A stretch of 64,000 nucleotides of DNA from Nostoc sp. (GTDB taxonomy: Bacteria; Cyanobacteriota; Cyanobacteriia; Cyanobacteriales; Nostocaceae): assembly GCA_036918135.1 (NCBI GenBank), contig JBALDB010000031.1, positions 1 through 64,000 of the forward strand, given 5' to 3'. Under the pieces are notes generated by a model. The model saw only the letters and a list, made by a program, of their open reading frames with translations. It searched no databases and was not told the DNA's origin. A program made the translations under genes and the position numbers. Position 1 is the stretch's first letter. Each line of letters starts with the position of its first letter. Of the stretch, positions 40,288 to 51,320 are shown in pieces.

Positions 40288-41667
40288 TTACGATGCTGGA
40301 AATTCAGATTCGACCTCTGTTGCCACTTCCTTTAATTCAGGAAATACGAACCTTAACAAGGGAGGGGCTAAAAAGGTCGTAAGGATAACCATCATGATAA
40401 TTGCTGCCCCCAGTGATTTAGAGAGAACACCACTAGCAGTACCAACACCAGCAAACACCAGTCCTACTTCACCTCTGGGGATCATTCCCACACCAATTGC
40501 TAAACGATTGATTTGGGGTTGACCAAATACACTGAAACCTGCGATCGCTTTGCTGACGATGGCTACGACAACTAAGAAAGTTGCCATAATTAGACCTTCG
40601 CGATTGCTAGGAATTGCTGGGTTCAATACTCCCAAGTCAGTTTTCGCCCCAACAGTCACAAAGAAAATCGGCACTAGCATATCGGCAATGGGAATAACTT
40701 GTTTTTGCAGTTCTTTGCGCTTATCAGTCTCCTCTAGGACTAAACCCGCCGCAAAAGCTCCGAGAATTGCTTCTAAGTGAATAACGGTGGCAAGGTATGC
40801 CATAGCAAAGGCGAAGATGAATGCTGGTATCACCAGTCCACCGCGTGTCTTGAGTGCATCAGCGATCGCCACAAAGGTCTTGTTGAAAACATTGCCTAGT
40901 AGAATTGCTCCCAAAATAAAACCAGTGGCGCTGATCATCAAATAAATGACTTTATTTACATCCACCACACCATCTTTGGCTAAACTGGCGACTACTGCCA
41001 AGATGATAATTCCTAGTACGTCGTCAATCACAGCAGCACCAAGGATAATCTGCCCTTCTTTAGAATTAAGTCGTCCCAGTTCTGACAGTACTTTAGAAGT
41101 GATACCAATACTAGTGGCGGTCAAAGCAGCCCCCGCAAAAATAGCGGGTACAGCACTAATACCAAACAAAGTCATCAAGCTGACAGTACCCACAGCAAAG
41201 GGTATTGTCACCCCCACCACTGCCACAATAGTGGCTTGGATACCGACTGCCATCAGTTCTTTTAAGTTTGATTCCAAGCCAATTTCAAACAGCAGGATGA
41301 TCGCACCCAATTCTGCTAAAACAGAAATGACTTCGGATTGGGCTGCAAACACCGCTGGAGTGGCTTGGGGACTCAAACCAGCAGTGGTTTGGAGGAAAGC
41401 CATGAGCAAAGAGCCAGAACTGTCTGCACCACCTTCTGGAAATACCAACAGATGTAAAACAGAGATGCCCACCACCACACCACCTACAAGTTCCCCTAAA
41501 ACAGGGGGCAACCCTACTTGATTTAATAATTCACCACCCACTTTACTGGCGAGGTAGATTACTACTAAACTCAGTAGCACTGCGGCTACTACCATTGAAC
41601 TGTCTGCTGCTTCTGTTGTGCTGGCAACCAGAGGGAAATAGAAGTTGATTGCACTTAAAAACTGCAT
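40288..41667 (-). CDS. CPA2 Na+/H+ antiporter (NhaS3-like)
   Basis: LLFEIGLES, ATSIGITSKVL, GAAVIDDVLG, GMIPRGEVGLVFA. Confidence 0.92.
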   Translation of the reverse strand: MQFLSAINFYFPLVASTTEAADSSMVVAAVLLSLVVIYLASKVGGELLNQVGLPPVLGELVGGVVVGISVLHLLVFPEGGADSSGSLLMAFLQTTAGLSPQATPAVFAAQSEVISVLAELGAIILLFEIGLESNLKELMAVGIQATIVAVVGVTIPFAVGTVSLMTLFGISAVPAIFAGAALTATSIGITSKVLSELGRLNSKEGQIILGAAVIDDVLGIIILAVVASLAKDGVVDVNKVIYLMISATGFILGAILLGNVFNKTFVAIADALKTRGGLVIPAFIFAFAMAYLATVIHLEAILGAFAAGLVLEETDKRKELQKQVIPIADMLVPIFFVTVGAKTDLGVLNPAIPSNREGLIMATFLVVVAIVSKAIAGFSVFGQPQINRLAIGVGMIPRGEVGLVFAGVGTASGVLSKSLGAAIIMMVILTTFLAPPLLRFVFPELKEVATEVESEFPAS

Positions 41668-41793
41668 TTTTTTTGTAAAATTCTAATACGTTCTGCAAAA
41701 ATTTTCTCTTTTTGGTTCATAGCACACTCGCGGACTCGCTAACGTAATTCGTAATACTCGCCTCTAGCGAGAAGCAAACTACGTAATTCTTAA

Positions 41794-44382
41794 TTAAGTT
41801 TTGACCATAATCACTGTACAATTACTTTTGCGAGAAATATTTTCGGCAATATTTCCTTGAATCGCTTGTTGCAGTAGACTTTCACGGCTAGCTCCCAGAA
41901 CAATCACATCACTGTTGTTTTGTTCGGCACACTTAAGGACAGCCTCAGAAACAGAATTGGCACTAACTGGAGTTGCCATCACTTTACCACTAACTCGACG
42001 TTGGAGAAAGCGAACAGATTTATCTAGTAATGTTGTATCAGGAATAGAATCAGTAGGCTGGAAAACCTGACATAGCTTGATTTGGGGCGATGTACTCAAA
42101 GAAGCAAGAGCAGGTAATAACTGAATTGCTTGCTTGGAGTTAGGGCCGCCTGCCATTGGCAGCAACCAACGGTCAAAGGTTCTTTTATCATCGAATTTAG
42201 CCAAGACAACATCACAAGGAGCTTGGCGAATTACAGTATCTACCACTCGGCTGAAAACTCTACCAGGAGTCGATGTACTACCTTTCCAACCCATCAATAC
42301 TAAGTCAATATGTCGTTCTTTCACAGTCTCCAAAATTGCCCCCGCGACATTATGGGCAACTCGGATTTGAGTGTGAACGGGAATCCGCAAATTTTCTCCT
42401 AACAGTATTGCTTGTTGCAAAAGTTGAAGACTTTTGCTGATTTGTACTGGTGTTTCAGAAGGAATGCGGCTAGACGGAACGATAATCACTTGCAGGCATT
42501 CTATTTCGTAATTGCGATCTTTGGCGATCGCAGCTGCCATTGATAATAAAGTTTGGGCTGTCTGTGGATGTGAAAGTGTTACTAGCAACCTGCCTTTACC
42601 TGTAGCCGGAGCGCGAGTTTGGTAAACCACATAAGAAGGTGCTGATTTCGGTTCTGCTTGTTGAGTATTACCACTCAGTCGCTCTGCTTCTACACGGATA
42701 ATATCACTACGGGTGATAATTCCTACTAGCTTGCGACCTTCTGTAACAGGCAAGCAGCTCAGGTGGTAACGATTGAGTATATGCAGCACATGGACCAGTG
42801 TAGCTGTGGGACTTACTGTTACTGGCTCTGGTGTCATAATATCGCTGATAGTTGTATCTCCACCTAACTGCTGAGAGGCAATATCAATTAAATCTTTTTG
42901 AGTGACAATGCCAACAACTTTGCCATTTTCTAAAATTGGGAAGTTGCGATGGTGGGAATGGGAAAATGCTTGTACTGCTTCATCAATGCTCATCTGGCTA
43001 GATAGAGTTTCAACACGTCGCTGCATCACATCTGCGGCAGTTAATTGTGCTAAAAGTCCCTCTGTAGTTGGCTCTTTGGTAATCTGAATCCCTTTCCACT
43101 CTAGTAGCAGGTCGTAGAGCGATCGCCGGTCAATTTTTTCTGCTACTAAATAGGAAACTACAGACACAATCATTAATGGTAGCACCAGGTTGAAATCTGT
43201 AGTCATCTCAAACACAATGATGACTGCTGTAACTGGTACTTTAGAGACAGCGCTAAAAAATGCAGCCATGCCTACATGAGCATAAGTTGTTGCAGCACTC
43301 ATTCCCAGTAAACTATGTTCAACAGCACCCACTAAGTAACCAAGGGCAGCTCCCAAGACTAAAGTTGGAACTAGTAAACCTCCTGGTGCTCCAGAGCCAT
43401 AAGTTAAAAGAATTAAGGTAAATTGGACTAAAAGAGCGATCGCTGCAAATAGCCAGTTGGCTTCACCTAGAAGGAGAATCTCTCTCAGCCCAGCATTATT
43501 GCGAAATGCCACGGGTAATAGAGCTATTACAACACCAGTGACTAATCCAACAATTCCAATTCGCCAAGGTAAACTTAGACTTAGCACGCGACGGTTAATT
43601 GCTAGACTGGCAATCACACCTTTGTTAAATAAAATGCCTAATAGCCCAGCCAGTACTCCCAAAATCAAGTAGAAGGGAATTTCCTGAGCGAAGAAGGTTG
43701 TATGTGTAACTGCTAAATTTAGGTTCAAATCTAAGCTATGACTGCCATAGAGTCGGGAAATGACTGAAGCGATAAAAGAAGCCAAAATCGCAGTACCAAG
43801 AGTAATACCTGACACATCTTGGAGTAGTTCTTCAATTACAAACAGTACACCTGCGATCGGTGCATTAAAAGCCGCAGCTAACCCAGCCCCAGCTCCGGCG
43901 GCGATGAGTTGACGACGGTGTTCTGGGGATGTCGGCACCCAATTACTGAGTTGATTTGCCAAAGCGGCTCCAATCTGCACAGTTGGCCCTTCCCGCCCTA
44001 AAGGCATTCCAGAACCCAGCACTAAAGTAGCACTGACTAGCTTTACCAACGCAATCCGCAGATTTAATGGCATAGGCACGCGAGCCAATACTGCTTTTAC
44101 TTCAGACATCCCACTACCTGATGCTTCAGGTGCAAAGCGCTCTACTAAAGCGCCAGCTAAAATTCCCCCTATTAATCCAATACCTGGTAGCACCAAGTAG
44201 GCAGGCCATAGATAAGAAACATGCACTCGCCATGCACCTGCCCAGTCCACTGCCTGTCCTAACAAAACTGCCGCTAGTCCAGAAACTAAACCAATCAGGC
44301 AAGCTTCAAAAAAAGCCAAGCGCTTAGGTTGAAGTAACTGACGCCAAAGCCTCAACCAGAGAATTTTACTCCTAACAAACAT
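41794..44382 (-). CDS. CLC chloride channel/antiporter with CBS pair and USP-like domains
   Basis: GSGMSE, GREGPTVQ, AAAFNAP, PGGLLVP, CBS (GIVTQKD / GIITRSD), C-terminal USP-like domains. Confidence 0.93.
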   Translation of the reverse strand: MFVRSKILWLRLWRQLLQPKRLAFFEACLIGLVSGLAAVLLGQAVDWAGAWRVHVSYLWPAYLVLPGIGLIGGILAGALVERFAPEASGSGMSEVKAVLARVPMPLNLRIALVKLVSATLVLGSGMPLGREGPTVQIGAALANQLSNWVPTSPEHRRQLIAAGAGAGLAAAFNAPIAGVLFVIEELLQDVSGITLGTAILASFIASVISRLYGSHSLDLNLNLAVTHTTFFAQEIPFYLILGVLAGLLGILFNKGVIASLAINRRVLSLSLPWRIGIVGLVTGVVIALLPVAFRNNAGLREILLLGEANWLFAAIALLVQFTLILLTYGSGAPGGLLVPTLVLGAALGYLVGAVEHSLLGMSAATTYAHVGMAAFFSAVSKVPVTAVIIVFEMTTDFNLVLPLMIVSVVSYLVAEKIDRRSLYDLLLEWKGIQITKEPTTEGLLAQLTAADVMQRRVETLSSQMSIDEAVQAFSHSHHRNFPILENGKVVGIVTQKDLIDIASQQLGGDTTISDIMTPEPVTVSPTATLVHVLHILNRYHLSCLPVTEGRKLVGIITRSDIIRVEAERLSGNTQQAEPKSAPSYVVYQTRAPATGKGRLLVTLSHPQTAQTLLSMAAAIAKDRNYEIECLQVIIVPSSRIPSETPVQISKSLQLLQQAILLGENLRIPVHTQIRVAHNVAGAILETVKERHIDLVLMGWKGSTSTPGRVFSRVVDTVIRQAPCDVVLAKFDDKRTFDRWLLPMAGGPNSKQAIQLLPALASLSTSPQIKLCQVFQPTDSIPDTTLLDKSVRFLQRRVSGKVMATPVSANSVSEAVLKCAEQNNSDVIVLGASRESLLQQAIQGNIAENISRKSNCTVIMVKT

Positions 44383-44768
44383 ATTTTTAGCGATCGCTTA
44401 TCGTAGGTGAAGGTATATAAATGTCTAAAATGTCTTACCGTTCGCCCTATCTATAGCCTTTCATCAGAAAATGAAATCAGAATGAAATTTTTCTCTACCA
44501 AAAGATAGGTATGTACGGTAGCTGTAGCGATCGCGCCCCTTGGGCGGTCTCAAGAAACAAGATAGGAGACAATACTTTGCTCTAACGCTGATAGCTCTAT
44601 CGGTGGTTGCCAATTTCCTGGTCGCATACGTACATTTTCAGCTTTCTATGCACATTTATTACTTGAATCTACCTCACTTCAGGTTACACCTCTCCTTGAG
44701 ACTTTGTTAAATCTCGCTCAAGGAGCGCTTGTCACTATATGCCTTGCCTGGTAAGTGTTTTTGCTATT

Positions 44769-45801
44769 TTATTCTCTATTAGCGACTTCACCTTGGACTA
44801 ATTTTTCTTTGTAGTCAATGATTAAACCTGATTTTCTAGCTGTTTTGAGAGCTAATACTTCTTGGGGTAAGAATCTTTCAACTCTTAACTGTTCTTCTGG
44901 GGAAAGCTGCTTCCAAGCTTCATCTTTAACAGCCAGATGCCTGTATATAGCACTTCTAATTTGATAGTAACTGGTGGCTGATTTGAGTTTTTCTGCCAGC
45001 ATTGATACTTCTTCCCCAACTGGCTGTCGTTCTGTAGCGTTACTGATGCTAGTTTGTTCGTTTTGTTTTAGTCTGGAGTTAATTTCTATAATTTTTTCTC
45101 TCTCTGTTGGGGATATTTCTTCTTGTGGTAACATTCCTGACTCAACCACAACCACTTCAGATTTAGCAGTCTCTTCCTGGGGCTGCTCTTTTTCTTGGGA
45201 TTTGATTTTGGCGTGATAGTCTGCGATCGCTTCACGAAGAATTTGCTGGGGGAGTAGCCCATATCCGTCAATCAATTCCTGTGTGAGTACCCCTGTTTGG
45301 TGGTCTTCCTCGTACTGAGGAGGGAACTGACAGTAGCGATCGCCTTTTGGAGTTCTACGCCAAATTGATATCTGCTTTTGTTGTTCCTGCTTTTGGGTTT
45401 TAAGGAGTGCTTTCCTCTGTTCGATTAACTCCAGCACGAGTTCATAAGGTTAATCCCCCAATTGGGTAATCTTGTAGCTGAGTGATAATCGGCTTGTATT
45501 GAAGAGAACATAGTCTGAGAAGTATTGTTACTGAAATCGGTGCTAAGTGTTGAGGACAAGTTGAAAATTCTTGGAAGTTTTTGGCTATTTTGAGCGCTCG
45601 TTTTTCCTCAGAACTTCCTTTGTCCCAACCGTATGTATCGAGCAAGGTTCGGTATTCTTTCTTGCTATAGGTGGTTTTGTATTCGTAGAGTAGGAAAGCG
45701 GCGTGCAAATATTCCAGACTGCTAGTCTCGATATGTGCGGTTGGATTTGGATCTAATTGATGCTTTTGGGAGTAAGAGATTGATGTGATAGTTGCTGGCA
45801 T
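44769..45801 (-). pseudogene. Hypothetical protein, probably one gene split by a frameshift near 45445
   Basis: ORFs 45442-45801 and 44769-45437 abut in different frames (..GGLTL* / ..ELVLELIEQ); no recognisable motif. Confidence 0.5.
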
Positions 45802-45955
45802 GATAAAAAAAGATATTTCTATCGAAGAATTGGAAGCTAGCCTTGATTCTGATAGTTAGGTAATTCGTTGGCCTGTGAAGTGTACCGTTTGGGCGAAGGT
45901 AAAGATATCACCCCAATCAGTCGTCCCAAGTTGTTTCACAATATAGCGAGGTTTT

Positions 45956-46807
45956 ATGGCAGTAAGATTCCTAGAAAACAAAGGCAGTGGCAATATCCTA
46001 GAGATTAGTAGAGCTAGGCTTTTAGAACTTACTCCCAATGTTTATCCCCTTACCTGAGAAGCGATTCTTTCAGGTAAGGGTGATAGTGCAGCTATCTTGG
46101 GTGCAGGTTTTGCTGAACGTGAAGTTTTTTTTGGTTTTGAAGGAGTTGACCTAACGTGCTACCAACTTCCGACAATCGATTGTTACGACATTGCTATTAA
46201 TCCACCAGAAAAGTTTTTAGCTTTACGCAGCCAATACCCAAATCTACAGTTAAATTATTTTTGCGATCGCAATTTAGCAGAACTAAAACTGACAAAACTT
46301 TACGCTCCTGATAGCCTACGGCTAGTTTCAGTTCATGGAGTATTAGATTACTTACAACCAGATGCCGTTTCGAGAACATTAGTTGATATTGTGAAAGTAC
46401 AGCCAGAGACAATATCGATAAGGCTATTTTTAATGGGCAACCCGTGGTCGCGGAATTTTGCAAGTATAGAGCAACTGGCAATGGAATTAAATTCAATTGA
46501 AATTACTACAAGTGGCTTGGTTGAGCCAATTGATTTTGACATATTTTGTTGTACAGGTGTTGTGCAATTAAATATTTTAGATAAGGATAAAATTGAACAT
46601 AATTTGTTACTAAGTTACGGTGCATCTCATGTAATGCCTGATAAATTAGTAGGTTATTTAATTAGTCAAGGATATCAGCTTGTTACAACTGATGTGTACT
46701 CACTTTCTAGTCAAGATTTACAAGGTGATGAATCGGAGAATGACAATAGTAATAAAGATATATCTTTAGATAATCCACACGGAATGCTGTTCTTCTTTAA
46801 AAGATAG
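45956..46807 (+). pseudogene. Hypothetical, weakly SAM-methyltransferase-like gene with in-frame TGA at 46055
   Basis: GAGG + ATG 45956 is in frame with ORF 46097-46807; AAILGAG motif-I-like and HGVLDYL motif-IV-like segments. Confidence 0.45.
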
Positions 46808-47190
46808 AATACTTATCTGAATCGAGCTAATTAATGAAGATGAAATTGTTGACAAGAACAGTTGATAAAATAATGTTCTTGCAAAAATGTAACATTACTT
46901 GAAATTGCTCGAAATAAAAGAATTTAACTATATTAACATTGTAGATAATGTAGTGACGAACTGAATCAAAAAATAAAAAATCCTACAACTATAGTATTTT
47001 TTCTTCCAAGAAGAGGCGTAAAGCAATACTTTTGATTATCGACTTAATCTTTGCAGCGGGTGTTATATTTACTAAGTTTGTGGGAACACTAAGAATACGG
47101 GTTTTGATACCACTATAAAAATATAAGCACAATTATTATACACAAACGATACAGCAAGTGTAGAAAATGACCCGTGTAGCCAGAAGAAAA

Positions 47191-47979
47191 TTAATCAAGG
47201 GGCAAGACTAAGGCGTATGCTTTAGCTGTGAAATTGGGCAAGTCACAAAAGATAGCTTTTGCTGCTCCATTACCACCAGAGCAAGTGTCAAAAAAGTAGC
47301 CAATTGTTCTACTCTCTTTAAGCGTGACTATTCCATCCACATCTAGGCTGGAGGACAAAACTACCAGGGGTACAGCTTTTACTATCTGGTGTTGGATGCT
47401 ATGAATTGCTGTCACTTCAGCACTACTAGTCCACAATGTTTGATATTTTTCAGGAACTTCACCTCCAGTGGAGGTCATAATTTCTTGTTTGTATTTGTTG
47501 ACTTGTACTTGTAGCGCTTTTTGTAGAGGTTCATTTATTTCCACCAGTACGCAAGGTGCTTGGTATTTTGTAACGTATGGTTCTGAAAACGCCACTTCTT
47601 TTTGAAGTTTTGTCACTTCAGCTGCGTACAGAGTCCGCTTACACTCCTGACAAGTTTTCCCTTCAAGCGGTTTTTTGTAGTTACCACAACGCTGATTTTT
47701 ACAAGTCATACCGTAAGTGCGTTTCATCAACCGATAGCCTGTAACAGAATTTGTAATTTCTCCCCAAACAAGAGTTAAACGTAGCCGAGCATCTTTGATT
47801 TTGGTGGAGATAATTTTGGACTCTGCAAGTGTTGAAAGTGGTTGAATATTTAATTCTGATTCAGCTTCAGTAAATAAATCTGTATCTTTACCTAAAAACG
47901 CTAGTAATGCTTCTCCTTTCTCTTCATTTAAACTTTCACTGCGATAAGCTATTAACTCGCCGCTTTCATCTTGCAGCAT
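47191..47979 (-). pseudogene. C-terminal fragment of a DUF1998 (Hrq1/YprA-like) DEAD/DEAH helicase
   Basis: C..C..C..C Zn motif, AIHSIQH.I.KAVP, YFFDTCSGGNG; helicase core removed at the IS edge; terminal C-x-C..CP.C motif absent. Confidence 0.7.
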
Positions 47980-47982
47980 ATA

Positions 47983-48921
47983 TAGAACCCATTTGACATC
48001 TAAGAAGAGACTGCAAGCCTCTTAAGCATCAGCCGAATAAAACAAAGATTAACTTTGGTAGTCGCATTAGCTAGAGTTCTCTCAAAGTTCTTGACGAGAA
48101 TTTTACATCTGTCCATTCAAGCATTTGAGCGCTCAATCACCCACCTGGCTGCAATCGGAACAAACCCAGATTTACCTTGATCTTTCTTTTCCTGTTTCGA
48201 TGGTTTTGGCGAAAGTTCAAAGGGTGATTTTCGCCATGATTTGGGGATAAACCTTTTCTAACTCCTCCCTGAGATGCTCAGGGTGATAACCGTGGTCTAA
48301 CAGGATGGTGATCTTGGGAATATTAACTGGTTTTGACTTGAAATAATCAATGTTGAGAGTCAATATTTCAATCAAACCCGTATCATCAGATACATTCGCT
48401 TTAGTGCAGTGAGTGAAGAAGGGAAACCCCAAGGTATCAACGGCTAGATGCCTTTTAATGCCATTTGTCGATTTGTAGAAACAATCTCCTTTCGATAATG
48501 TGCTAGCATTACAGGTATTTTTTCCCGCTTGAGAGTCAATGTTCAGCAACGTTGTCCACTTGGCTTTTTTTTAACCTGCTCACGTACTTGAGCGTGTAAA
48601 ATGCTCATCAGTTTGTCGATCGCTCCTTGAGCCCGCCACTGCTTGTAATGCCAATATACCGCCCTTGTAGGGGGGCAAGTCCTTGGGCAAGTCTTCCCAA
48701 TTGCAGCCATTCTTGAGTTGATAGAAGATGCCATCCAAAATTTCTCGCTTTGTCCAGTTAGGTGGTCTCCTCTGCTTCTTAGTTGGTAATATTTGAGCCA
48801 GTAAAGGTTCGAGGATTATCCACTCTTCATCCGTCAGGCTGCTAGAGTATGGCATAACTGCTGGATAGGACTTTTGCAGTAACTTTACTTCAAGGTAGTA
48901 AAAGATGTCAAATGGGTTCTA
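47983..48921 (-). mobile_element. IS5-family insertion sequence with degenerate transposase
   Basis: Perfect 19-bp terminal inverted repeats TAGAACCCATTTGACATCT (47983-48001 / 48903-48921), TA on both flanks. Confidence 0.92.
48000..48855 (-). pseudogene. IS5-family transposase with several frameshifts and a stop
   Basis: YSSSLTDEEW..GCNWEDLPKDLPP, IDSQ, GIKRHLAVDTLG, LDHGY, RWVIERSNA* across different frames. Confidence 0.9.
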
Positions 48922-49167
48922 TAAAGATTGCAAACTAATTAACTATCAGTGCGATCGTCTTTGTAAAGTCGGTTGATGCTATGAAAATTCAGCATTTTTT
49001 ACCTTTTGGACTTTGAACGAATGGTATAAAGATAACGGCAAACCCTCCGTCAAAGAATTTAATATAACTCAGCTTATCTCACGTAAATGCTATCGATTAA
49101 AGGTAACGCGCCATCCAGATTTTTAGTACGCTAGCGGTAGCGTAGCGCACTAACTCCTAACTTCTAA

Positions 49168-50037
49168 CTACTTGTTCACCACTTGCAAACGCTGAGTTAT
49201 CATCGTCATCCCATTACCCCGCAGGATAACAGCAGAAACCCATTGGCTACCAGGGATGGGTGGTGCTTGTCCTACTTTAAACACTCCACCAGATGTTAAT
49301 AATTGCAAATCCACGGGTGTAGGGTTGAGATATTTATCTGCTCGGATGGGTTCCTCTAGCGCCGTTCCTAATAGAAAATCATCACCCAGTGGTTCTTGAA
49401 CGATCGCATCAAAATTATACTTCTGTCCGACTTTCACTTGCTGTGGTAATTTAATCTCAATTTGGGGCGGGTTGCTGCCAGAGGTAAGTAGCGTGCGTTC
49501 CGACAAAATGTCTTGGCGGAGGATTTTTCCATCGACGATCCGCTGACGCGATTTAATCGTGGCATTCATACCCAAATTATTACTTTTAGCGGAGGGTGAG
49601 CCGATTATCTGGGTTTCTGTTTCTGCGATGATGGCGTTACCTTCAGCTTTTGCAGATAGCAGTTTGGTAGTATATTGCAATTTCGGGTATCTTTGCCAGA
49701 GTGAAACCAGCGACTTTTCCAGAGTTTGGCGATTTAATCCATCGCCATGAGTGAAATTAGGACTGTAAAATTGTAACACGCCTTTGACATCGCCTTTGCT
49801 TGCAGCAGCATCAACTTGTGTTAACAGGTTATTCAATCCGGGTGGTGCATTTTGGGGTGTAGTGGCTTGGACTAATTGCTGTGGTGTACTGGCTTGAGTG
49901 GGTTGCCAAGCACTTGTCAAACCAAGCGTCAGCAGGAACGAAATCAGCCCGATGCTGGTTGATAATCTAAGTTGGCGTCTCAGTAAAATGTTAGTCATTG
50001 GTAAGAGTTGACTGATTTGATTAGAGAAAGTAAGCAA
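49168..50037 (-). CDS. Conserved exported protein with NTF2-like domain
   Basis: Signal-like N-terminus; DAAASKGDVKGVLQFYSPNFTHGDG NTF2-type start; divergent from murG. Confidence 0.7.
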   Translation of the reverse strand: MLTFSNQISQLLPMTNILLRRQLRLSTSIGLISFLLTLGLTSAWQPTQASTPQQLVQATTPQNAPPGLNNLLTQVDAAASKGDVKGVLQFYSPNFTHGDGLNRQTLEKSLVSLWQRYPKLQYTTKLLSAKAEGNAIIAETETQIIGSPSAKSNNLGMNATIKSRQRIVDGKILRQDILSERTLLTSGSNPPQIEIKLPQQVKVGQKYNFDAIVQEPLGDDFLLGTALEEPIRADKYLNPTPVDLQLLTSGGVFKVGQAPPIPGSQWVSAVILRGNGMTMITQRLQVVNK

Positions 50038-50082
50038 ATTGTTTTATCTTAGTTAAGCTAGACGCTAAACGGTAGAGGTTTG

Positions 50083-51156
50083 ATGGCAAACGCACCAATC
50101 AAATTATTAATAGCTGCCAGTGGGACTGGTGGACATTTGTTTCCAGCGATCGCACTGGCCGAAAAACTGCCAGATTATCAAATAGAATGGCTGGGAGTAC
50201 CCAATCGCCTAGAAACAGAACTTGTCCCTAAAGAGTATCCTTTGAATACTATTGCAGTTGAAGGTTTTCAGCAAGGGTTTGGTATTTCTTCAATTCGCAT
50301 CTTAGCTAAACTCCTGGGTTCGGTTTTGCAAGTGCGGCGAATTCTCAAACAGGGAAATTTTGAAGGAGTATTGACCACAGGAGGTTATATTGCTGGCCCC
50401 GCCGTTATTGCAGCGCGTTCCCTTGATTTACCAGTGATTTTCCACGAATCTAATGCTTTGCCTGGTAAAGTAACTCGTTTTTTTGGCCCTTGGTGTAGTG
50501 TGGTAGCTTTGGGATTTGAAGTAGCTGCTAAGTATTTACCCAGAGCTAAAAATGTCTGCGTTGGCACTCCTGTAAGAGCGCAATTTTTGGCTGATGGAAT
50601 GAACGCACCGCTGGATTTAGAGATTCCTGATGGTGTTCCTTTGATTGTCGTCTTTGGTGGTAGTCAAGGTGCAGTTGCAATCAATCAGTTGGTACGCGAA
50701 GCCGCAAATGCTTGGTTTGATGCTGGTGCTTATGTAGTACATTTAACTGGCGATCGCGATCCGCAAGCAGATACTCTCAAACATCCACAATACATCGCCT
50801 TACCTTTTTACAACAATATGGCAGCATTGTTGCAAGGAGCAACATTAGCCATTAGTCGTTCTGGTGCAGGTAGCTTGACAGAATTGGCAGTATGTGGGAC
50901 GCCAGCGATTTTAATTCCTTATCCCTTTGCCGCAGAAGACCATCAATCCTACAATGCAGAAGTATTTAGCAAAGCTGGTGCCGCATTAACCCTCAAGCAA
51001 TCACACTTAACAGCACAACAATTGCAAAGTAATGTGTTGAATTTGTTGCACTCACCCCAAGAGTTAGCCAAGATGGGGGAAAAAGCAAAGGCGATCGCAG
51101 TTCCCGATAGTGCCGAAAAGTTAGCGCAGTTAGTACGTGAAGTAGTAGAAATTTAA
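50083..51156 (+). CDS. murG: UDP-GlcNAc:lipid I GlcNAc transferase MurG
   Basis: ASGTGGHLFPA, TGGY, HESN..PG, GTPVR, FGGSQGA, SRSGAGSLTE, DHQ..NA. Confidence 0.97.
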   Translation: MANAPIKLLIAASGTGGHLFPAIALAEKLPDYQIEWLGVPNRLETELVPKEYPLNTIAVEGFQQGFGISSIRILAKLLGSVLQVRRILKQGNFEGVLTTGGYIAGPAVIAARSLDLPVIFHESNALPGKVTRFFGPWCSVVALGFEVAAKYLPRAKNVCVGTPVRAQFLADGMNAPLDLEIPDGVPLIVVFGGSQGAVAINQLVREAANAWFDAGAYVVHLTGDRDPQADTLKHPQYIALPFYNNMAALLQGATLAISRSGAGSLTELAVCGTPAILIPYPFAAEDHQSYNAEVFSKAGAALTLKQSHLTAQQLQSNVLNLLHSPQELAKMGEKAKAIAVPDSAEKLAQLVREVVEI

Positions 51157-51320
51157 AAGATTCAAAATTCCACGTTGAAGATAGTAACAGAAAAACAGAA
51201 TTTATTTTCTGGCTGATGAATATTTTATACCAATTAAAAAAATAATTGCGATAGATAAATTGCTAAAAAGCTGATTTACTAGCTCTTGGATAATTCAAGA
51301 TTTAAAATTCCAAACCCAAA

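Noticed and set aside
40946..41521. Long antisense or overlapping ORFs (e.g. 40946-41521, 876-1169, 22171-22494, 33539-33868)
   Set aside because: Shadow frames of well-supported genes
46055..46080. Selenocysteine recoding of the TGA
   Set aside because: The TGA is inside the stem rather than upstream of a SECIS-like hairpin, there is no redox-motif context, and no sel genes are in the window
47191..47979. DISARM/Druantia-type defence system based on the DUF1998 domain
   Set aside because: Only a truncated fragment; no intact partner helicase, nuclease or DNA methyltransferase genes nearby
48543..48600. Functional programmed-frameshift transposase
   Set aside because: Besides the A-run shift there are further frameshifts and a stop, so the element appears inactive
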